From NCBI GenBank assembly GCA_017455905.1, contig JAFTLQ010000010.1:33468-97467 (forward strand): a DNA stretch of 64,000 nt. The letters run 5' to 3'. Under the pieces are notes generated by a model, which was given only the letters and a program-made list of their open reading frames with translations, made no database searches and was not told where the DNA came from. Positions 9,261-15,616 of this stretch are shown piece by piece. This DNA comes from Clostridia bacterium (lineage in GTDB: Bacteria; Bacillota; Clostridia; Oscillospirales; CAG-272). How positions within the stretch are numbered: position 1 is the stretch's first letter; each line of letters opens with the position of its first letter. Made by a program: the position numbers and the translations under genes.

Positions 9261-10396
9261 AGGAAATGGAAGAAAAAGAAAAAGAACAGGACGTCGGTAG
9301 ATTTCGCGCGTTTTTAAACAAAAAAGATATCTCCCTCTCGCCTAAGGTCTATTTCGTCGACGCCATGGGTGCGATGGCCCTCGGTCTGTTTGCCACCCTT
9401 CTCATCGGTACCATTTTCGGTACGGTCTACGACCTGTTCTGCGATATCCCCGTCAAGACATACGTTCCCGGAATGGCGAACGTGTTCGTTGATTTCCTCT
9501 ATTACATCTATACCTACGCACAGGGCGCGACGGGCATCGTCCTCGGTATCGCCGTGGCGCAGGCGCTCAAGGCACCGCCGCTGGTGCTGTTTTCCTCGGG
9601 CGTCGTCGGCATGTGTGCCAACGCACTTCCCACCCTGATTACCGTAGGGGACGTGCCCAAGACGGTCACCGCCGGCCCCGCCGGCGCCTTCCTGTGCGTC
9701 CTCGTCGCCGCCGAGATCGGTAAGCTCGTATCCAAGGAGACCAAGGTGGACATCCTCGTGACTCCCGTCGTCACCATCGGCACGGGCGTGCTCGTGTCCA
9801 TGCTGCTGTGCCCCGCGATCGCGTGGGTCGTCTATTGGATCGGCTCCTTCGTCAATTACGCTACCACCGTCATGCCCCTGCTGATGGGCATTCTCATCGC
9901 CGTCATTGTCGGCATTCTTCTCACCCTACCCATCAGCTCGGCCGCCATATGCGCGATGATCGGCATATCGGGACTGGCGGGCGGCGCGGCTACGGCCGGC
10001 TGCTGTGCACAGATGATCGGCTTCGCCGTCATCTCCTTCCGTGAGAACCGCTTCGGCGGCCTGATCGCCCAAGGGCTCGGCACCTCCATGCTGCAGATGG
10101 GCAACATCGTCAAGAATCCGCGCATCTGGATCCCCCCGACACTCGCCGCCGCGATCACCGGCCCCATCGCCACCTGCGTGTTCAAGCTGGAATGCACCGG
10201 CGTCAGCGCCGGTATGGGCACCTGCGGTCTTGTCGGCCCCATCGGCATCTTCACCGATATGGGCTTTACCCCCATGTCGATCATCGGCACCCTCGTCACC
10301 TGCTTGATCCTGCCGGCGGTGCTGTCGCTTATATTTGATTACCTTCTTCGCCGCATCGGCTGGATCCGTGACGGCGATATGACCCTGGCTCTTTGA
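9257..10396 (+). CDS. polytopic membrane protein, PTS EIIC_2-like family
   Basis: The start overlaps the ruvX stop (ATGA). The sequence is hydrophobic throughout, and the N-terminus FLNKKDISLSPKVYFVDAMGAMALGLFATLLIGTIFG resembles stand-alone EIIC_2-type proteins from memory. Confidence 0.55.
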   Translation: MKEMEEKEKEQDVGRFRAFLNKKDISLSPKVYFVDAMGAMALGLFATLLIGTIFGTVYDLFCDIPVKTYVPGMANVFVDFLYYIYTYAQGATGIVLGIAVAQALKAPPLVLFSSGVVGMCANALPTLITVGDVPKTVTAGPAGAFLCVLVAAEIGKLVSKETKVDILVTPVVTIGTGVLVSMLLCPAIAWVVYWIGSFVNYATTVMPLLMGILIAVIVGILLTLPISSAAICAMIGISGLAGGAATAGCCAQMIGFAVISFRENRFGGLIAQGLGTSMLQMGNIVKNPRIWIPPTLAAAITGPIATCVFKLECTGVSAGMGTCGLVGPIGIFTDMGFTPMSIIGTLVTCLILPAVLSLIFDYLLRRIGWIRDGDMTLAL

Positions 10397-10420
10397 CGGG
10401 CCTATCAGAAAGGAGTGCAT

Positions 10421-11860
10421 ATGAACAACCGTACACTGCTTTGCGATTTCTACGAGCTGACCATGGGCAACGGCTATTTTGAGCTGGGCAAGGGAGAGGA
10501 GATCACGTATTTCGACGTCTTCTACCGCACCGTGCCCGACGGCGGCGGCTTTGCCATCGCAGCAGGCCTTGAGCAGGTCATCGAATACATCAAGGATCTG
10601 TCCTTCACCGAGGACGACATTGCCTTCCTTCGCTCCAAGGCGCTCTTCTCCGAGGATTTTCTCGAATACCTCGCACACTTCCGCTTCTCAGGTGATATCT
10701 TCGCCGTGCCCGAGGGCACGCCTATCTTCCCCGGTGAGCCCATCATGACGGTACGCGCCCCTGCCATTGAGGCACAGTTCGTCGAGACCTTTATCCTGCT
10801 GGCTATCAATCATCAATCCCTCATCGCGACCAAGGCCAACCGCGTCGTCCGCGCGGCCGACGGCCGTCCCGTGGCGGAATTCGGCTCGCGCCGTGCGCAG
10901 GGTGCCGACGGTGCCATGCTCGGCGCCAGAGCGTCGTACATCGGCGGCTGCTCCGCCACCGCCTGCACCATCTCCGACCGTATGTTCGGTATCCCCGCTA
11001 CGGGTACGATGGCGCACTCGTGGGTACAGATGTTCGACAACGAATACGACGCCTTCGTCAGCTACTGCAGGACCTATCCGCACAACGCCACGCTGCTCGT
11101 CGATACCTACGACGTGCTTCGCAGCGGTATCCCAAACGCCATCCGCGCCTTCCGCGAGGTCCTGACACCCTTAGGCATCACCTCCTGCGGCATCCGCATC
11201 GACTCGGGCGATATCACGTATCTGACCAAGCGCGCACGCAAGATGCTCGACGAGGCGGGCTTCCCCGACTGCAAGATCGTCGTGTCCAACTCCCTTGACG
11301 AAAACATCATCCGCGACATCATCCTGCAGGGCGCATGCATCGACTCCTTCGGTGTCGGCGAGCGTCTGATCACCGCTAAGAGCGATCCCGTCTTCGGCGG
11401 CGTATACAAGCTCGTCGCCAAGGAAGAGAACGGCGAGATCATCCCCAAGATCAAGATCTCCGAAAACCCCGAAAAGATCACCAATCCCCACTTCAAAAAG
11501 ATCTACCGCATCTTTGATAACGAAACGGGCAAGGCCACGGCCGACCTCATGTGCGTCTACGATGAGACCGTCGACGAAAGACAGCCGCTGGAGCTGTTCG
11601 ATCCTCAGCAGACCTGGAAGCGCAAGATCTGCGTCAACTTCACGGCTAAGGAGCTGCTCGTCCCCATCTTCAAGGACGGCGTGTGCGTATACGAATGCCC
11701 CTCCATCGACGAGGTGCGTGCCTACTGCCGCGAGCAGATCGACTGCCTGTGGGACGAGGTCAAACGCTTCGAAAATCCCCACCGCTACTACGTCGACCTG
11801 TCGCAGAAGCTGTGGGATATCAAGCACCGCCTGCTGGAAGAAAAGCACGGAAAGCCGTAA
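10421..11860 (+). CDS. pncB: nicotinate phosphoribosyltransferase
   Basis: MNNRTLLCDFYELTMGNGYF... and GTMAHSWVQ are typical of NAPRTase. AAAGGAG lies upstream of the ATG at 10421. Confidence 0.9.
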   Translation: MNNRTLLCDFYELTMGNGYFELGKGEEITYFDVFYRTVPDGGGFAIAAGLEQVIEYIKDLSFTEDDIAFLRSKALFSEDFLEYLAHFRFSGDIFAVPEGTPIFPGEPIMTVRAPAIEAQFVETFILLAINHQSLIATKANRVVRAADGRPVAEFGSRRAQGADGAMLGARASYIGGCSATACTISDRMFGIPATGTMAHSWVQMFDNEYDAFVSYCRTYPHNATLLVDTYDVLRSGIPNAIRAFREVLTPLGITSCGIRIDSGDITYLTKRARKMLDEAGFPDCKIVVSNSLDENIIRDIILQGACIDSFGVGERLITAKSDPVFGGVYKLVAKEENGEIIPKIKISENPEKITNPHFKKIYRIFDNETGKATADLMCVYDETVDERQPLELFDPQQTWKRKICVNFTAKELLVPIFKDGVCVYECPSIDEVRAYCREQIDCLWDEVKRFENPHRYYVDLSQKLWDIKHRLLEEKHGKP

Positions 11861-11891
11861 GCAAGAGAATCAAACGAGAAAGGATAGCAAC

Positions 11892-12887
11892 ATGTTAGGA
11901 GAACAAAAGGTCGTATTCTCCGGCGTACAGCCGTCGGGTAACCTGACCATTGGAAACTATCTCGGCGCGATCAAGAATTTTTCGCGCTTCTCCGATACCT
12001 ATAAAACCTTCTATTGCGTCGTCGACCTGCACGCCATCACCGTGCGTCAGGTGCCTGCCGAGCTTCGTCGGAGAACCTACGAGACCTTAGCCCTTTATAT
12101 GGCGTGTGGGCTGGATGAAAAGAAAAACACGCTGTTCGTGCAATCGCAGGTTTCGGCACACGCCGAGCTTGGCTGGATCCTCGACTGCTATACCATGTTC
12201 GGCGAGCTGTCGCGGATGACGCAATTTAAGGATAAAAGTGCCAAGCATGCGCAAAATATCAACGCGGGCCTCTTTACCTACCCTTCGCTGATGGCGGCCG
12301 ATATTCTGCTGTACCAGACCGACGTCGTTCCCGTCGGTATTGACCAAAAGCAGCATCTGGAGCTCGCACGCGATATCGCTCTGCGCTTCAACCAGCTCCA
12401 CGGCGATACCTTCACCGTCCCCGACGGCTATATCAACACGGACACGATGAAGATCATGTCGCTCGCCGAGCCCACCGCTAAGATGTCCAAATCCGACCCC
12501 AACCCCAACGCCGTCGTGTATATCCTTGACACCAAGGACGACATCATGCGCAAGTTCAAGCGCGCCGTCACCGATTCCGAGGCCTGCGTGCGCATGGCTG
12601 AGGGCAAGGACGGCATCAACAACCTCATCACCATCTACCGCGCCTTCACGGGCAAGACGGTCGAGGAGGTCGAGCGCGAATTTGACGGCCGCGGCTACGG
12701 CGACTTCAAGGAGGCCGTCGGCGAGGCCTGTGCGGAGGGACTGCGTCCCGTCCGCGAGGAGTTCGCCCGTCTGTCCGCCGACAAGGCGTTCCTTGAGAGC
12801 GTCATGAAGAACGGCGCCGACGAGGCCGCCTACTACGCACGCAAAACCATGTCCAAGGTACGCAGAAAGCTCGGTTTTGTCAACTGA
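11892..12887 (+). CDS. trpS: tryptophan--tRNA ligase
   Basis: It has the class I signature region (SGVQPSGNLTIGNYLGA) and a KMSKS motif. The ATG at 11892 was chosen because the track ORF start at 11514 overlaps pncB. Confidence 0.95.
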   Translation: MLGEQKVVFSGVQPSGNLTIGNYLGAIKNFSRFSDTYKTFYCVVDLHAITVRQVPAELRRRTYETLALYMACGLDEKKNTLFVQSQVSAHAELGWILDCYTMFGELSRMTQFKDKSAKHAQNINAGLFTYPSLMAADILLYQTDVVPVGIDQKQHLELARDIALRFNQLHGDTFTVPDGYINTDTMKIMSLAEPTAKMSKSDPNPNAVVYILDTKDDIMRKFKRAVTDSEACVRMAEGKDGINNLITIYRAFTGKTVEEVEREFDGRGYGDFKEAVGEACAEGLRPVREEFARLSADKAFLESVMKNGADEAAYYARKTMSKVRRKLGFVN

Positions 12888-12908
12888 TTGCAAACATATC
12901 TATACAAA

Positions 12909-12967
12909 ATCACCGCATTCGTACATACCGCGTCTCAGAAACGCCGTACGATCGCGGTGATTTTTTT
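12909..12967 (+). terminator. intrinsic terminator after trpS (long nested hairpin)
   Basis: ATCACCGC (12909-12916) pairs with GCGGTGAT (12954-12961), with nested CGTAC/GTACG and GCGT/ACGC pairs, followed by a T7 run. Confidence 0.7.
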
Positions 12968-12984
12968 GCAGAGGTTGTTTTTTC

Positions 12985-13899
12985 ATGAATGCTCTCGTAT
13001 ATATTGGTTCCTTCGGCATCACGCTGGTCGGCATGCCTCTGATCCTGCGGCTGGCCTTTGCCGTCGGAGCGGTCGATCAGCCCGACGGGGTGCGCAAGCG
13101 GCACACCCGCCCGACGCCGCGCCTTGGCGGCCTTTGGGTCTTTTCGGTGTTCTTCGTCAGCGCGTGTCTTTGCGTGCCGCTGTCCGACGGGCGCTTCGTC
13201 GCGCTTCTTTCAGGCGGCACGCTCCTGGTCGCCGCCGGCGTCATCGACGACACGCAGGATCTGCCCCCCGCCGCCAAGCTGTGCTTTCAGACGGTGGCAG
13301 CGCTGATCGCGCTCCTGTTCGTTCGGCTGCCGTCGACGTGGGAGCTGCTTGGCCTTTCACTGACGCTCCCCGCGTGGCTGAGCTTTGCGCTGTATCTTCT
13401 CTTTACCGTGCTCGTCATCAACGCCGTCAACCTCATCGACGGCGTCGACGGCCTGGCGAGCGGCGTCATGGCGGTGGTCCTGTTGGGGGCGGCGTTGCTC
13501 GCTCACGCCCGCGCGGATGCGCAAGGAGGTACGCTCGCCTTGCTGCTGTGCGTGCCGTTGCTCGCTTTTTTGCTGTATAACCGCCATCCTGCCACCGTCT
13601 TTCTCGGCGATGCGGGAGCGCAGTTTCTCGGCCTCGCGGCCGCCGTGCTGCTGCTTCCGGGGCAAGACGACACCCCCTTTCCCATCGGGTCGGTGGCGTT
13701 GCTGGCCGTACCGCTGTGCGAGCTGATCGTATCCATCGTGCGCCGCCTGTCCAAGGGACAAAGTCCTTTGCGTGCCGACGACGGGCATTTGCACCATCGG
13801 CTGCTGCGCAACGGTATGTCCGAGGCGGCCGTCGTCGCTTCGTACGTTCTCCTTAGCGCGTGCGCCGCGCTCGTCGGTTACACCCTTGGCGTCTCTTGA
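12985..13899 (+). CDS. glycosyltransferase family 4 (MraY/WecA/TagO-like polyprenyl-phosphate sugar-1-phosphate transferase)
   Basis: It is a polytopic protein with the NAVNLIDGVDGLASG motif and an N-terminus typical of WecA/TagO proteins. Confidence 0.8.
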   Translation: MNALVYIGSFGITLVGMPLILRLAFAVGAVDQPDGVRKRHTRPTPRLGGLWVFSVFFVSACLCVPLSDGRFVALLSGGTLLVAAGVIDDTQDLPPAAKLCFQTVAALIALLFVRLPSTWELLGLSLTLPAWLSFALYLLFTVLVINAVNLIDGVDGLASGVMAVVLLGAALLAHARADAQGGTLALLLCVPLLAFLLYNRHPATVFLGDAGAQFLGLAAAVLLLPGQDDTPFPIGSVALLAVPLCELIVSIVRRLSKGQSPLRADDGHLHHRLLRNGMSEAAVVASYVLLSACAALVGYTLGVS

Positions 13900-13962
13900 C
13901 TTTTTCCGCGCACTTTGCTATACTATGGTCATATAAAAACCATGGGGCAAGGAGGCGCCGCT

Positions 13963-14799
13963 ATGCCGCATATCATTGAGATCCACGATCTGTCCATGAA
14001 GGAGCTGGATGTGTTCGTCCGTCTGACGGGTGCACAGCTTCGCTCGCGCCTGGAGCCGGAGCAAGGCATATTTATAGCGGAAAGCCCGACCGTCATCGAC
14101 GTGGCGCTGAAGGCCGGCTGTCAGCCGTTGTCGCTTCTGACCGATCGCCGCCTGCTGCACGGCACGGTCGAGGCGCTTCTTCCGCGTCTTGGCGATATCC
14201 CCGTGTACGTGGCGGAGGAGACCGTCCTGCGCGAGCTGACGGGCTTCGCACTGACGCGGGGCGCCCTTTGCGCCATGCGCCGACCAATGCTGCCCACCGT
14301 GGAGGATATCTGCCGGGGGGCACGCCGCATCGCCGTGCTGGAGAACATCACCGACTCCACCAATATCGGTGCCGTCTTTCGTTCGGCGGCCGCCTTTGCG
14401 ATCGACGCCGTGCTGATCACGCCCTCCTGCTGTGATCCGCTGTGCCGCCGCGCTCTGCGCGTCAGCATGGGCACGGTGCTGCAGATCCCCTTTACCCGCA
14501 TCGGAGATACCGCCGCCGACTGGCCGACGGACGGTCTGCGTCGGCTGCACGCGATGGGCTTTACCACCTGTGCGATGGCGCTGAGCGACGATTCCATATC
14601 CATCGACGACCCGCGCCTTTTGCGTGAGGAACGGCTGGCGATCATCCTCGGCACGGAGGGCGACGGCCTGTCAGGGTCGACGGTCGCCGCCTGCGACTAC
14701 ACCGTCAAGATCCCCATGTCGCACAGCGTCGACTCTCTCAACGTCGCGGCGGCAGGCGCCGTCGCCTTCTGGCAGCTGACCCGCCCGACCAACGGCTGA
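13963..14799 (+). CDS. TrmH/SpoU-family RNA 2'-O-methyltransferase
   Basis: GGAGG at 13951 precedes the ATG at 13963. The SpoU motifs NIGAVFRSAAAF, LGTEGDGLS and SLNVAAAGAVAFW are present. Confidence 0.85.
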   Translation: MPHIIEIHDLSMKELDVFVRLTGAQLRSRLEPEQGIFIAESPTVIDVALKAGCQPLSLLTDRRLLHGTVEALLPRLGDIPVYVAEETVLRELTGFALTRGALCAMRRPMLPTVEDICRGARRIAVLENITDSTNIGAVFRSAAAFAIDAVLITPSCCDPLCRRALRVSMGTVLQIPFTRIGDTAADWPTDGLRRLHAMGFTTCAMALSDDSISIDDPRLLREERLAIILGTEGDGLSGSTVAACDYTVKIPMSHSVDSLNVAAAGAVAFWQLTRPTNG

Positions 14800-14846
14800 C
14801 GCGCACCCGTGTGTAAAAAGGATTTTAAATTTTTTTCAAAAAGGGG

Positions 14847-14875
14847 TTGACAAACCCGATCCTGCGTGCTATAAT
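14847..14875 (+). promoter_or_regulatory. consensus sigma-A promoter of the tRNA operon
   Basis: TTGACA (14847-14852), a 17-nt spacer, then TATAAT (14870-14875), with an A/T-rich UP-like tract upstream. Confidence 0.75.
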
Positions 14876-14893
14876 AATCCATGCACGTTGATC

Positions 14894-14969
14894 GGAAGGT
14901 TAGCTCAGTTGGGAGAGCAACTGCCTTACAAGCAGTGGGTCGGGGGTTCGAGCCCCTCACTTTCCACCA
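14894..14969 (+). tRNA. tRNA-Val (anticodon TAC)
   Basis: A cloverleaf folds by hand, with acceptor GGAAGGT/ACTTTCC, anticodon loop CTTACAA, T-arm GGTTCGAGCCC and an encoded CCA. Confidence 0.9.
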
Positions 14970-14970
14970 A

Positions 14971-14996
14971 TCGCCGCTTGCAAAAGCGGCGATTTT
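14971..14996 (+). terminator. terminator-like hairpin inside the tRNA operon
   Basis: TCGCCGC (14971-14977) pairs with GCGGCGA (14986-14992), followed by TTTT, between tRNA-Val and tRNA-Asp. Confidence 0.5.
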
Positions 14997-15004
14997 ACAG
15001 GAAT

Positions 15005-15081
15005 GGCTTGGTAGCTCAGTTGGTTAGAGCGCTAGCCTGTCACGCTAGAGGTCGTGGGTTCGAGCCCCATCCGAGTCGCCA
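15005..15081 (+). tRNA. tRNA-Asp (anticodon GTC)
   Basis: Acceptor GGCTTGG/CCGAGTC, anticodon loop CTGTCAC, T-arm GGTTCGAGCCC and an encoded CCA. Confidence 0.9.
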
Positions 15082-15089
15082 TCCTGTAC

Positions 15090-15165
15090 GCCTCTGTAGC
15101 TCAGTTGGTAGAGCAGGGGACTGAAAATCCCCGTGTCGTTGGTTCGATTCCGACCGGAGGCACCA
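15090..15165 (+). tRNA. tRNA-Phe (anticodon GAA)
   Basis: Acceptor GCCTCTG/CGGAGGC, anticodon loop CTGAAAA, T-arm GGTTCGATTCC and an encoded CCA. Confidence 0.9.
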
Positions 15166-15168
15166 CAT

Positions 15169-15244
15169 GCGGATTTAGCTCATTTGGTAGAGCGCGACCT
15201 TGCCAAGGTCGAGGTGGCGGGTTCGAGCCCCGTAATCCGCTCCA
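15169..15244 (+). tRNA. tRNA-Gly (anticodon GCC)
   Basis: Acceptor GCGGATT/AATCCGC, anticodon loop TTGCCAA, T-arm GGTTCGAGCCC and an encoded CCA. Confidence 0.9.
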
Positions 15245-15295
15245 ACAAGAAACGGCACCGCGATAGCGGTGCCGTTTCTTGTTGGAGCGGATTAC
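15232..15295 (+). terminator. perfect 30-bp inverted repeat (loop GATA) acting as the operon terminator and including the last 13 nt of tRNA-Gly
   Basis: GTAATCCGCTCCAACAAGAAACGGCACCGC (15232-15261) is the exact reverse complement of 15266-15295. The inner part (AAACGGCACCGC/GCGGTGCCGTTTCTTGTT) looks like a normal terminator. Confidence 0.8.
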
Positions 15296-15616
15296 GATGA
15301 TGATAAACCTGCCGTGAAACGCAACGCGTTTCACGCGGGGCAACGTTTCCCCGCAGGGGAAACTTGCCAACTTGCGAGGCCTGCCCGAGCAAGTTGTACG
15401 GGCCCCGTAATCTGCCCCTCCGCTCAGAATGACACAGAAAGGATAGCACGGTTTTCTATTTCGCCCTTCGCTCACATTTTGACGCTTCGCGTCGTGGCGT
15501 GTCTGTATATCATTCTAAAATTCAAATAAAATTTATTTTCTGTTCATGTTTTCCTCTGTTTCGGCGTCTATAATATAAGGTACAAACAAAATCAAACTCT
15601 AAAAAAAGGAACCGCT

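Noticed and set aside
11514-11891. N-terminal extensions offered by the ORF track, for trpS here and likewise at 3045-3212, 33963-34109, 45874-46098, 26687-27172, 49987-50313 and 57714-57803.
   Set aside because: The extensions overlap upstream genes or lie antisense to them, and they lack an RBS. Internal ATGs with Shine-Dalgarno sequences give N-termini that match the expected family starts.
15101-15475. A 124-aa minus-strand ORF, plus the 14888-15266 plus-strand ORFs.
   Set aside because: They run through the four tRNA genes and the terminator palindrome, so they are artefacts of structured RNA genes.
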